From NCBI GenBank assembly GCA_937944105.1, contig CALDZP010000034.1:38262-102261 (forward strand): a stretch of 64,000 nt of DNA, read 5' to 3'. The position numbers and the translations under genes were made by a program. Source of the DNA: an uncultured Ignavibacteria bacterium. Lineage in GTDB: Bacteria > Bacteroidota > Ignavibacteria > Ch128b. Positions within the stretch are counted from its first letter, which is position 1. Each line of letters starts with the position of its first letter. The notes beneath the pieces are model-generated. The model had not been told where the DNA came from, did not search any database, and worked only from the letters and a program-made list of their open reading frames with translations. Positions 40,163 through 49,538 of this stretch are shown here, one piece after another.

Positions 40163-41638
40163 ATGAAAAATGTTGCAATAATTGGCGCTGGACTTGGAGG
40201 ATTAGCTACTGCCTTAAGGTTATCTCAGAATGGTTTTTCTGTGAAAGTAATTGAAAAAAATAACAAAGCTGGTGGAAGACTTAATCAATTAAAATTAGAT
40301 GGATTTACTTTTGATGTTGGTCCATCTTTTATGAGTATGACTTATGAATTGGACGAATTATTTTTTTACATCAATGAAAAGAATCCATTAGTTCTTGAAC
40401 CACTTGATCCCTTATACAATGTTTTTTTTGAAGGTAGAAAAAAACCATTCAAATTATGGAAAGATCTTGATAAACTTCAAAATGAATTTGCTGATGTCGA
40501 AAAGAATCTTGTTGAAAAGTTAGAAAATTTTCTAAATAATGCAAAAGAATTCTTTCATGATACAGAGTACAGAGTAGTTAAGCAAAATTTTGAAAATAAA
40601 TTGGATTATATACTAAAATTAAGTAAAGTACCTAAAAAACATATTCCTTATCTTTTCAAAACTGTTTGGAGCGAAGTTTCAAAGCATTTTGAAAGTAATG
40701 AGCTAAGAGTAATTTTTTCTCTGGTTGCATTTTTTTTAGGATCAACGCCATTCAAAACCCCAGCTATTTATACATTATTAAATTATACAGAGATGAGACA
40801 CAATGGTTATTGGAGAATTTCTGGAGGAATGTATCGACTTGTTGAAGTTATTCTGAATATTCTAAGACAACGTAAAATTGAATTTATTTTTAATACAGAA
40901 ATAGTAGGATACAAAGCGAATAAAAATAGAGTTGATTATCTAATAGATCAGAATGGAAATCATCATTATGCAGATTTGTTTGTTATAAATTCCGATGCAG
41001 CATTTTTTAGAGGCAAAGTCTTAGGACGAAAGAAATATTCTGAAAAAAATCTTAACAGAATGGATTGGACAATGGCGCCATTCACAGTTTATTTAGGTGT
41101 AAAAGGTAAAATAGAACAGTTAGAATTACATAATTATTTTCTTGGAAATGATTTCCAATCATATGCAAATAAAATTTTTACTTCCACACACAGCCCCAAT
41201 AAACCTTACTACTATGTTAATGTTTTAAGTAAATCTGAACCTGATTCGGCGCCGCCAGATTGTGAAAATATTTTTATACTCTGTCCAGTTCCTGATTTGA
41301 GATTTAAAAGTGATTGGTCTGATACTCAAGAATTTGCAGATAACATCATTGAAGATTTATCACGAAGAATTGATTTTGACATCAAATCAAATCTTAAAGT
41401 TATGAGAATCTATAATCCGATTGATTGGCAAAATATGTTTAATTTATACAAAGGTTCCGGTTTGGGATTGGCTCATGGAATTAATCAAGTGGGTGCTTTT
41501 CGTCCAAGTAATAAAGATGAAGAGTTTAGTAATTTGTATTATGTTGGTGCTTCTACAATTCCAGGAACAGGTTTGCCAATGGTTATAATTAGCTCAAAAC
41601 TCGTAACCGAAAGGATTCTGAATGATTCAACTTTATGA
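40163..41638 (+). CDS. crtI: Phytoene desaturase (CrtI family)
   Basis: 'VAIIGAGLGGLATALRL...GGR' FAD dinucleotide fold; C-terminal CrtI signature 'GASTIPGTGLPMV'. Confidence 0.75.
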   Translation: MKNVAIIGAGLGGLATALRLSQNGFSVKVIEKNNKAGGRLNQLKLDGFTFDVGPSFMSMTYELDELFFYINEKNPLVLEPLDPLYNVFFEGRKKPFKLWKDLDKLQNEFADVEKNLVEKLENFLNNAKEFFHDTEYRVVKQNFENKLDYILKLSKVPKKHIPYLFKTVWSEVSKHFESNELRVIFSLVAFFLGSTPFKTPAIYTLLNYTEMRHNGYWRISGGMYRLVEVILNILRQRKIEFIFNTEIVGYKANKNRVDYLIDQNGNHHYADLFVINSDAAFFRGKVLGRKKYSEKNLNRMDWTMAPFTVYLGVKGKIEQLELHNYFLGNDFQSYANKIFTSTHSPNKPYYYVNVLSKSEPDSAPPDCENIFILCPVPDLRFKSDWSDTQEFADNIIEDLSRRIDFDIKSNLKVMRIYNPIDWQNMFNLYKGSGLGLAHGINQVGAFRPSNKDEEFSNLYYVGASTIPGTGLPMVIISSKLVTERILNDSTL

Positions 41639-42464
41639 AAAAGTAAGTTTCGATACCAGTAAATTAGTTACAACAAAGTACTCAACTTCTTTTAGTCTTG
41701 GTATATTAACTCTGGATAAAAAATTAAGGAAACATATTTACGCAATTTATGGTCTAGTTAGAATTGCTGATGAAATTGTTGATACTTTCCATCATCTTGA
41801 TAAAAAGAAATTGCTAGACGAACTGAAAAATGAAACTTATAAATCCATTAGTAATAGATTCTCGTCTAACTTAGTTCTTAATTCATTCCAGATAACAGTC
41901 AATGAATATAAGATACCCAAAGAATTAATTGATGCATTTTTCCATTCAATGGAGATGGATACATATAAAAATAATTTTAGTCGAGAAGATTATGATAAAT
42001 ATGTTTATGGATCAGCGGAAGTAGTTGGCTTAATGTGTCTTAAAATTTTTGTTGATGGCGATGAAGATAAGTATAAAGAACTAAGAGAGTATGCTCGAGC
42101 ACTTGGTTCAGCTTTTCAGAAAGTAAATTTTCTTAGAGATATTGGTAGTGATTTAAATGATCGTCATAGGATTTACATTCCTGAAGTGCCAGAAGTTAGT
42201 GAAATAACAAATGAAGAAAAACAAAAACTAGTTCAGGAAACCGAAAGAGAATTTAGTTTAGCTCTTGAAGGAATTAAAAGGTTACCCAATTCTGCAAAGT
42301 TGGGTGTCTATTCTACTTACTTGTATTACTTGGCTTTGCTAAGAAAAATCAAGAAAAAGCAATTAGACTACTTATTAAGTAGAAGAGTAAGAGTTAATAA
42401 TTTTCACAAAATTTTACTTTTACTAAAAGCTTTTTTACAGGTTAAGGTTTTAAAATTAATATGA
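41622..42464 (+). CDS. crtB: Phytoene synthase
   Basis: 'YAIYGLVRIADEIVD' and 'YVYGSAEVVGLM', 'RDIGSDL' squalene/phytoene synthase motifs. Confidence 0.8.
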   Translation: MIQLYEKVSFDTSKLVTTKYSTSFSLGILTLDKKLRKHIYAIYGLVRIADEIVDTFHHLDKKKLLDELKNETYKSISNRFSSNLVLNSFQITVNEYKIPKELIDAFFHSMEMDTYKNNFSREDYDKYVYGSAEVVGLMCLKIFVDGDEDKYKELREYARALGSAFQKVNFLRDIGSDLNDRHRIYIPEVPEVSEITNEEKQKLVQETEREFSLALEGIKRLPNSAKLGVYSTYLYYLALLRKIKKKQLDYLLSRRVRVNNFHKILLLLKAFLQVKVLKLI

Positions 42465-42997
42465 TTTCAATTATTCTAATTTTTATTTTTCTTTTTAAGT
42501 CTTTTCCCGATTACAATTCCAGTGAAAAAGAATTGATCAGGCGTTTATTTTATTTTTCTATAGAGTCCAAAGATACTCTTAAAATTTTTGAAGATAAATT
42601 AAAAAAAATAGATAAAGAATTAGACTCCAACTTTAAAGATGCGTATTACGGAGCTTATCTAACTTTAGTAGCTAAACATTCAATAAATCCTTACACTAAG
42701 TACTTTAAATTAAAGGAAGGTTTAGAATTCTTAAATAAATCAATTAAAAATGATCCTGAAAAACTTGAGTTTAGATTCTTAAGATTATCTATACTAAATT
42801 ATGTGCCTTCTTTTTTAGGTTTTGACAATTTTTTTTATGAAGATTACAGACAAATAAAAAATCTAATAATAAAGAAAGATTATACCGAACTTGATAGAAA
42901 AATTCATAAAGGTATTCTTGAATTTTTGTTGCGAAGTCAAAAAATAAGTGAAGATGAAAAACATTTCTTAGGGAATATTTATAAAGACTTTAAATGA
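42461..42997 (+). CDS. Hypothetical protein embedded in carotenoid operon
   Basis: 178 aa; N-terminal hydrophobic segment; start and stop both overlap the flanking crt genes. Confidence 0.3.
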   Translation: MISIILIFIFLFKSFPDYNSSEKELIRRLFYFSIESKDTLKIFEDKLKKIDKELDSNFKDAYYGAYLTLVAKHSINPYTKYFKLKEGLEFLNKSIKNDPEKLEFRFLRLSILNYVPSFLGFDNFFYEDYRQIKNLIIKKDYTELDRKIHKGILEFLLRSQKISEDEKHFLGNIYKDFK

Positions 42998-43668
42998 CTG
43001 ATTATTCAATTATTCTTATCTCAACAATTATAATCCCGTTTATTTTTTCATTTGAGAAAAAAGTTAATTTTATTAGTAAAATAAAAACTGTTCTAAAGGT
43101 TATTTTTATTGTTTTTATTCCTTACATCATCTGGGATATTGTTTTTACAAATTACAGTGTTTGGGGATTTTCTGAGGAAAAAGTTTCCAGATTAAAGATT
43201 TTATCATTACCAATTGAAGAGCATTTATTTTTCTTTTGCATACCTTACACTTTAATTTTTATATATGAAGTTATTAATTTTTATTTAATTGATTCCAAGC
43301 TGAAATTTAATCACAATTTTGCTTTATTATTTGGTATTATCCTTCTAACAATTGCGATAATAACTTATCCAAAAGCATATACATCATTACAATTTTTAAT
43401 TACATCAATTTTGTCTTTTTATATTTGGCTAAAAAAGTTGGAGATATTTTTATCAAAAAATTTCTGGATTTTTATTATTGTCTCTTTCATTGGCTTTATT
43501 GTAATTAATTATTTCTTGACATCAATACCTATTGTTGTTTACAATAGTTCACAAATTCTTGGCATAAGAATTCTTACAATTCCAGTTGAGGATTTCTTTT
43601 ATCATTTCACTCTTACAACCGTTCTGATAATTTTGTATAAATCTTTTCATAGATTAAATGAAAAATAA
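42994..43668 (+). CDS. Lycopene cyclase domain protein (fused CrtYc/CrtYd type)
   Basis: 224 aa polytopic; two 'PxE(E/D)' motifs ('LPIEEHLFF', 'IPVEDFFYH') characteristic of the lycopene-cyclase domain. Confidence 0.6.
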   Translation: MTDYSIILISTIIIPFIFSFEKKVNFISKIKTVLKVIFIVFIPYIIWDIVFTNYSVWGFSEEKVSRLKILSLPIEEHLFFFCIPYTLIFIYEVINFYLIDSKLKFNHNFALLFGIILLTIAIITYPKAYTSLQFLITSILSFYIWLKKLEIFLSKNFWIFIIVSFIGFIVINYFLTSIPIVVYNSSQILGIRILTIPVEDFFYHFTLTTVLIILYKSFHRLNEK

Positions 43669-45133
43669 AATTATCATAATTGGTTCCGGATTTGGTGGAT
43701 TATCTGCTGCAATACATCTTGCTGCAAAAGGATATGAAGTTACTATCTTTGAAAAAAATAGTAAACTGGGTGGTAAAGCAGGTGAAATTGTTGAACAAGG
43801 TTTTCGTTTTGATACTGGACCGACTTTGTTGACTATGCCATTTGTTCTAGAAAATTTATTCAATGTAGGCAATTTTAATATTAATGATTTTATTTCGATC
43901 AAATCAAAAGATATTGTGACAAAATATTTTTTTAATGATGGTACAAATTTTTATCAATATTTTAATAGAGATAGACTTCTCTTAGAATTTGAAAAAGTTT
44001 GCCCAAATTCATCTGCTGAATTTATCAAGTTTATTAATTACTCAAAAAAAATTTATGATTTAACCGCCGAATTATTTTTATTTCAACCTTTTCTTGAAAT
44101 TAAAAATATTCTTCAACTGAAGAGCTTAAAGACATTATTTAAAATTAACCGAATTGATCCGTTTAGAACTGTTCATAATGCTAATAATGGTTTTTTTAAG
44201 GACAAAAAGTTTGTACAACTCTTTGATAGGTTTGCTACCTATAATGGTTCCAATCCATTCAAAGCACCAGCAACATTAAATATTATCCCATTTGTTGAAT
44301 TTGAATTTGGGGGTTACTTTGTTGAAGGAGGAATTTATAGAATTATTAATGCTCTTGAGAAGATAGCTCAAAAATTGGAAGTAAAAATTTATAAATCTTC
44401 AAATGTTGAGAAGATCTTGGTTAAAAATCAAAAGGTTGAAGGGATACTTATAGATGGAGAAAAATTTGACGCTCAAATTATAATTTCAAACTCCGATTTG
44501 TTCAATACCTACAAGTTATTGATTGGAGATGTGAAAAATTCTGAAGCTAATAAATATATAAAACAAGAGTTATCTACTTCGGCAATAATATTTTACTGGG
44601 GTGTAAGTACAAACTCTGAAAATTTAGAAATGGATAACATTCTTTTCTCAGAAGACTACCAGAAAGAATTTCATCAATTATTTGATCAGAAAGTTGTTCC
44701 AAACGATCCAACAATTCACATACATATATCGTCGAAAAAAAATTTTTTAGATGCTCCCAAAGGTTTTGAAAATTGGTATGTAATGATTAATGCACCTTCA
44801 ATTAATAAACAAAACTTTGATATTGAAGAAATAAGAGAAAGAGTTTTACAAAAGATCAAAAAAATGACTAAGATTGATTTAAGTAATAAAATTGTTTTTG
44901 AAAAATTTAAAACTCCATTAATGCTTGAAGAGGAAACATCAGGTTTATATGGCAGTCTTTATGGTCCCTCACACAACAGATTTTACTCAGCTTTTTTAAG
45001 ACAGAGAAATAAATCTTCTGTTATTGATGGTTTATATTTTTGTGGGGGGACTGTTCATCCTGGTGGGGGAATACCATTAGCAATTCTTTCGGGTAAAATT
45101 GTATCAGAAATTGTAGATAAGAACTTGAGATGA
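43658..45133 (+). CDS. CrtI-family carotenoid desaturase/ketolase paralog (CrtD- or CrtO-like)
   Basis: 'IIIIGSGFGGLSAAIHL...GGK' FAD fold; C-terminal 'GGTVHPGGGIPLA'. Confidence 0.65.
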   Translation: MKNKIIIIGSGFGGLSAAIHLAAKGYEVTIFEKNSKLGGKAGEIVEQGFRFDTGPTLLTMPFVLENLFNVGNFNINDFISIKSKDIVTKYFFNDGTNFYQYFNRDRLLLEFEKVCPNSSAEFIKFINYSKKIYDLTAELFLFQPFLEIKNILQLKSLKTLFKINRIDPFRTVHNANNGFFKDKKFVQLFDRFATYNGSNPFKAPATLNIIPFVEFEFGGYFVEGGIYRIINALEKIAQKLEVKIYKSSNVEKILVKNQKVEGILIDGEKFDAQIIISNSDLFNTYKLLIGDVKNSEANKYIKQELSTSAIIFYWGVSTNSENLEMDNILFSEDYQKEFHQLFDQKVVPNDPTIHIHISSKKNFLDAPKGFENWYVMINAPSINKQNFDIEEIRERVLQKIKKMTKIDLSNKIVFEKFKTPLMLEEETSGLYGSLYGPSHNRFYSAFLRQRNKSSVIDGLYFCGGTVHPGGGIPLAILSGKIVSEIVDKNLR

Positions 45134-45783
45134 TCGAAGCTAAACATAATGAGTTTTTTAGAAAAATTTTTAATGTTTATATCGATTGGCAACTGAAAAA
45201 ATATTTTAACAATTTCTATTTGATTGATGAATTGAATATTGAAGCTAAGGACGATTCATTATTAGTATTGCCTAATCATTTTTCATGGTGGGATGGTTTC
45301 TTCGTTGACTTGATTTACCGAAAATTATTTAGTGATTACAAATTATACATGATGGTGCTTGAAGAGACAATTAAAAAATTTTGGTTTTTCAATCATATTG
45401 GCGCTTTTACTATAAATCCAAAAAATCCAAAAGATATAAATAAATCTTTTAACTACGCTGCTAAGTTATTAAAAGGAACGAAAAATTTTGTTGTTATTTT
45501 TCCACAAGGGGAATTACACGCTTATTCGACTAAAGTAAACTTGAAAAAAGGAGTAATTGATTTGATTATTAACGGAAATTGTGAATCTAATCTACTTATG
45601 CTGGCAATGAAAATACTCTATTTAAATGAAAAAAAGCCTGATGTATTTTTTCATTGTAAATTTTCAAAAGCTTTTGATTACAGATTTGAAGGACAAAAAT
45701 TTGTTGATGATTTTAATGAAAATATCTTAAATCTCGAGACAAAAATTTCTGATCCAAATTATAAAAAAATTAAGTTATTATGA
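45130..45783 (+). CDS. LPLAT-family acyltransferase (CruD-like carotenoid glycoside acyltransferase candidate)
   Basis: 'PNHFSWWDG' (HxxxxD) and 'FPQGE' acyltransferase motifs; position in the operon. Confidence 0.55.
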   Translation: MIEAKHNEFFRKIFNVYIDWQLKKYFNNFYLIDELNIEAKDDSLLVLPNHFSWWDGFFVDLIYRKLFSDYKLYMMVLEETIKKFWFFNHIGAFTINPKNPKDINKSFNYAAKLLKGTKNFVVIFPQGELHAYSTKVNLKKGVIDLIINGNCESNLLMLAMKILYLNEKKPDVFFHCKFSKAFDYRFEGQKFVDDFNENILNLETKISDPNYKKIKLL

Positions 45784-46895
45784 TTGATTTTTTATTTTGT
45801 GCTCTTTTATCGTTAAACATTTTTTTTATATTAATTGTATTATTTAATTTTTTCTCGCCTTTAAATCTACAGGTTCCTAAGTCAACCAAGTTAAGCCTAG
45901 AAAAAAATATTTCTGTTTTAATTCCAGCAAGAAATGAAGAAGATAATATTAAAAATTGTCTTGAGGATGTTTTTAAGCAAGATCTTGAACATAAAGAAGT
46001 TATTTGTTTAGATGATGATTCTACAGATGACACCCTTAATGTTTTGTTGGATCTCAAAAAGAGATATGGAGAGTTAAGAATTATACAAGGTAAGGAGTTG
46101 CCTGATGGTTGGACAGGTAAAAATTGGGCTTGTTATCAACTGGCAGTAAATTCAACAGGAGATTTTTTGGTTTTTATTGATGCTGATGTTAGATTGAAAA
46201 AATTTGCAATAAAGTCAGCTATTTCATTGATGGAAAAATATGATATTAAAATGTTGTCAATATTTCCCACTCAAGTTATGAGAACAATTGGAGAATATCT
46301 GATAGTCCCATTGATGAATTGGTTTTTACTTACTTTTCTTCCTTTAATATTCGTTCGAAAAATTTCTCATTCTTCGTTTGTTGCTGCTAATGGCCAGTTT
46401 ATGATTTTTCGAAGAGATGCTTATTTCAAAATAGGAGGTCATCAGGCGGTTAAAAATAAAATCGTTGAAGATATGGAATTAGCCAGGTTAATGAAAAAAA
46501 ATAATTGTAGGATTATGACATTATTAGGAGGAGATTTAGTAACTGCAAGAATGTATAATAGCTTTTTAGATGGATTAAATGGTTTTTCAAAAAATTTTTT
46601 CTCAGGGTTCAATACCAGTTATTTTAAATTTTCATTCTTTCTGTTTTTCATTTTAATTGTTTTTTTAACACCGTTTTTGTTAGTGTTTATTGATGTAAAG
46701 TTTTTCATTGTAGTGGGATTGATTTTAATACAGAGAGTTTTGATTTCTAAAAAATCAAATCAGAACATTTTTATAAATCTGCTTTTATTACCTTTGCAAT
46801 TATTAATGGTCTTAGTTATTGGAATTAGATCAATGATTTTAACTAACAGAGGTGAATTAAATTGGAAAGGGAGAAATTTAAGTCACATAAAATAA
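45780..46895 (+). CDS. Family-2 glycosyltransferase (CruC-like carotenoid glycosyltransferase candidate)
   Basis: 'VLIPARNEEDNI', 'LDDDSTD' GT2 motifs; C-terminal TM helices. Confidence 0.65.
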   Translation: MIDFLFCALLSLNIFFILIVLFNFFSPLNLQVPKSTKLSLEKNISVLIPARNEEDNIKNCLEDVFKQDLEHKEVICLDDDSTDDTLNVLLDLKKRYGELRIIQGKELPDGWTGKNWACYQLAVNSTGDFLVFIDADVRLKKFAIKSAISLMEKYDIKMLSIFPTQVMRTIGEYLIVPLMNWFLLTFLPLIFVRKISHSSFVAANGQFMIFRRDAYFKIGGHQAVKNKIVEDMELARLMKKNNCRIMTLLGGDLVTARMYNSFLDGLNGFSKNFFSGFNTSYFKFSFFLFFILIVFLTPFLLVFIDVKFFIVVGLILIQRVLISKKSNQNIFINLLLLPLQLLMVLVIGIRSMILTNRGELNWKGRNLSHIK

Positions 46896-47503
46896 TTTTC
46901 TTAATATTGTTAATTTTATACTGTATTGGGATTGTACTTCATTTTATATCATCTTTTAATCATTATCTAAAATTCCTTAATCCAATTTTTTTAGTAACGG
47001 TTTTTTTAATTGTTACAGTTGATAAAAGTGTTGAAAAAAAATTTATAACTTGGGTAATTATGTCGTACTTAATTACATTGTCTATAGAAATACTTGGAGT
47101 TCATACTGGATTGATTTTTGGCAGTTACCAATATGGAAATAACCTTGGAGTAAAATTATCAGGGGTTCCGATAGTGATTGGATTAAATTGGATTACATTA
47201 CTCCTTGGGAGTATTGGATACGCTTCAATGGTAAAAACTTCTGTTTATTTAAAGAGTTTTATAAGTTCGATCTTAATGGTTGGATTTGATGGAATACTGG
47301 AATTAGTTGCATCAAAATTAAATTACTGGTTCTGGAGAGATGATATTATACCTTACCAGAATTTTATTGCCTGGTTTTTGATTTCATATATTCTGAGTTA
47401 TTTTTATTACGTATTGGTTCCTGGAAAAAACTTAATACTGGCAAAATATAATTATATCATTCAATTTCTCTTCTTTGTTATACTTTATATTTTTTTACAT
47501 TAA
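46862..47503 (+). CDS. Polytopic membrane protein, possible carotenoid-biosynthesis (CruF/Caroten_synth-like) protein
   Basis: 213 aa, 6-7 TM; last gene of the crt operon with overlapping start; family assignment from memory only. Confidence 0.35.
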   Translation: MEREKFKSHKIIFLILLILYCIGIVLHFISSFNHYLKFLNPIFLVTVFLIVTVDKSVEKKFITWVIMSYLITLSIEILGVHTGLIFGSYQYGNNLGVKLSGVPIVIGLNWITLLLGSIGYASMVKTSVYLKSFISSILMVGFDGILELVASKLNYWFWRDDIIPYQNFIAWFLISYILSYFYYVLVPGKNLILAKYNYIIQFLFFVILYIFLH

Positions 47504-48056
47504 TATTGTTTTTTGAAAAAACTCATAAAAACAACTTAATATTTTAAGAAATAAACACTTGTTTATTTCTAACCTTCGTTATTCTCGCCTTTATAGCCTT
47601 AACTTAATATTGAACATTCTTTTAAGTAAACTGATTTACAAATGCTAAATAAAGATATTTTTTAAATGTACAAAAGTTACAGCTAAGTAAAATAACTTAT
47701 GAATACCTTAAGTGTAATTTGACATTTATTTTTTATCCTTGAGTTTCTGTTACTTTCTCATAATGTATTTTATATTTATTGTAAGATTAAATTAACCACT
47801 GCTTAGATTCTTTCTTAATCAATTATCCGCGAAAAGAGAAACTCTAGATAATAGCATTTGGGTTATAATTTCCTTCAGCTGTCTAATATTAGCCAGTGCT
47901 TTTTAATAAAAACCTTCTTTTTTAGAGAAAAAAGAAGGCTTTACTTCTGGCACTTGGTTTGACTAATAAATTCTCAAATAGTTCATTTACAAAGATGAAT
48001 AAAAAAGTAATACTAAAATCACAAACATTTAATCACAAAACATAATGGAGGTTCAT

Positions 48057-48578
48057 ATGAAACGCTTAATTCTTTCACTAATTGTTCTTTCTTTTATTTC
48101 TTCTTTATCATATGCACAATCAAGTGCAAGTGCAACGGCAACCGTATTAGCTCAACTTAAGAAAGGACTTTCGGTTTCTCTCATTGGTGGAAATTTAAAT
48201 TTTGGTGAAATAATTCTGAATGGAAGTCCACAATCACCAACTATCGCTCCTTCTTCAGGTGCAAATTTCAGAGTAATCGGTCATCCAAATAAAAATATTA
48301 TGATTACTTTTAACAATGTGACTCTTGATAACAATGCTTGGGTAAGCAGCAATGGTGGAACAAATGGAACAATGGTATTTACTCCTGTTGTAAAGCATAC
48401 AGGATCGAACAGTTCTTATGATACCCCAACAGATGTTTTAAGCGGTAATTCTTATAATCTTGTAAATGTTTCAGGTGATGGTTATTTGTATTTATGGGTA
48501 GGTGGTTCACTCTCAATTGCTGCAAATCAACCTCATGGAGACTATACAGGAACATTTAGCATTACGGTTGCCTACTAA
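48057..48578 (+). CDS. Small secreted SCPU/CsuA-like (fimbrial-subunit-like) protein; stand-alone paralog of the 56.6-58.1 kb genes
   Basis: GGAGG 5 nt upstream of ATG 48057; signal peptide; shared motifs 'NFGEIIL', 'HTG.NS', 'LYLWVGGS', C-terminal 'GDYTGTFSITVAY'. Confidence 0.5.
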   Translation: MKRLILSLIVLSFISSLSYAQSSASATATVLAQLKKGLSVSLIGGNLNFGEIILNGSPQSPTIAPSSGANFRVIGHPNKNIMITFNNVTLDNNAWVSSNGGTNGTMVFTPVVKHTGSNSSYDTPTDVLSGNSYNLVNVSGDGYLYLWVGGSLSIAANQPHGDYTGTFSITVAY

Positions 48579-48598
48579 AAGTTTACTTTATTTCATAT

Positions 48599-48630
48599 GC
48601 CCCAGAATTTTCCTGGGGCTTTTTTATTTT
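48599..48630 (+). terminator. Rho-independent terminator
   Basis: GCCCCAG-aattttc-CTGGGGC hairpin followed by TTTTTTATTTTT. Confidence 0.7.
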
Positions 48631-48706
48631 TAATCTTTCAATCAATTTTTCATTCATTTTAAATTAAAATATTTTTTCGCTTTGTTAATTCTTTTATATT
48701 TGCTTT

Positions 48707-49261
48707 ATGAAAAAATTAAACCTCGGTTGTGGAAATAAAATACTTGATGGATACGTTAATCTTGATGTAGTTGATTATGGCGGTAATTTAATTCATGATT
48801 TAAATTCCTTCCCGTATCCTTTTGATGACAATACTTTCGATGAAATTCTTGCCAGCCATATTTTAGAACACCTTCAAAACTTTAACAAAGTAATCAATGA
48901 ATTATATAGAATTTCGAAACCAAACGCAATAATAAAAGTTTATGCACCTTTTTTCTTGAATACAAAATTCTTTGGAGATCCTGATCATAAAATTCCATTC
49001 TCAATTAGAACTTTTGATAATTACGAATTCATTGAAAATAAAAAATTGAAATTCTACGAGCGATGGAAATTGAATCATAGAACTAATTACCAAACAACAG
49101 CTAAATTCGAAATACTTGAAAAGAAATTTAATGTCTCCAATTTTGTTCCATTAAGATGGCTTAATTTTATTGTAAATTTAGAACCTGTCGTTTATGAGAG
49201 ATTTTTTGCTGGCATTCTATCACCCGAAGAAGTCATTTTTATACTAAGAGTCGTAAAATAA
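48707..49261 (+). CDS. Class I SAM-dependent methyltransferase
   Basis: 'LNLGCGNKILDGYVNLDV' motif I; 'ILASHILEHL' motif. Confidence 0.6.
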   Translation: MKKLNLGCGNKILDGYVNLDVVDYGGNLIHDLNSFPYPFDDNTFDEILASHILEHLQNFNKVINELYRISKPNAIIKVYAPFFLNTKFFGDPDHKIPFSIRTFDNYEFIENKKLKFYERWKLNHRTNYQTTAKFEILEKKFNVSNFVPLRWLNFIVNLEPVVYERFFAGILSPEEVIFILRVVK

Positions 49262-49289
49262 ATTTGCATCATATACTTGACTTTATTAT

Positions 49290-49500
49290 ACTCTTTTTGA
49301 TGTGAATGTTCTTTTCAATCGATGTGGATAAGTTGTGGAAATCGTTCCGCTGTGAAAAGTTTTCACATCAGGAATTTTAATCATAAAAGTTTTCCACATC
49401 AAATAATGTTAATTTCAAAACATTCTAAACCATAATTAATTGAATTACAATAACTTACGAAGATTATTTGATGTGGATAACTTGTGGATAATTTTTACTT
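49290..49500. other. Chromosomal replication origin (oriC) DnaA-box cluster
   Basis: Perfect TGTGGATAA (=TTATCCACA) at 49323-49331, 49472-49480 and 49483-49491; degenerate boxes TGTGGAAAT (49334), TTTTCCACA (49390), TTTTCACA and TGTGAATGT; AT-rich; directly upstream of dnaA. Confidence 0.7.
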
Positions 49501-49538
49501 AAACTTAAACTTTAAGTCATTCAACCAAGTTAAAATAA

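Noticed and set aside
40163-45133. The two CrtI-family genes as a tandem duplication or pseudogene pair
   Set aside because: Both are full length with intact FAD motifs and differ substantially in sequence. They are more consistent with functionally distinct paralogs (desaturase vs CrtD/CrtO).
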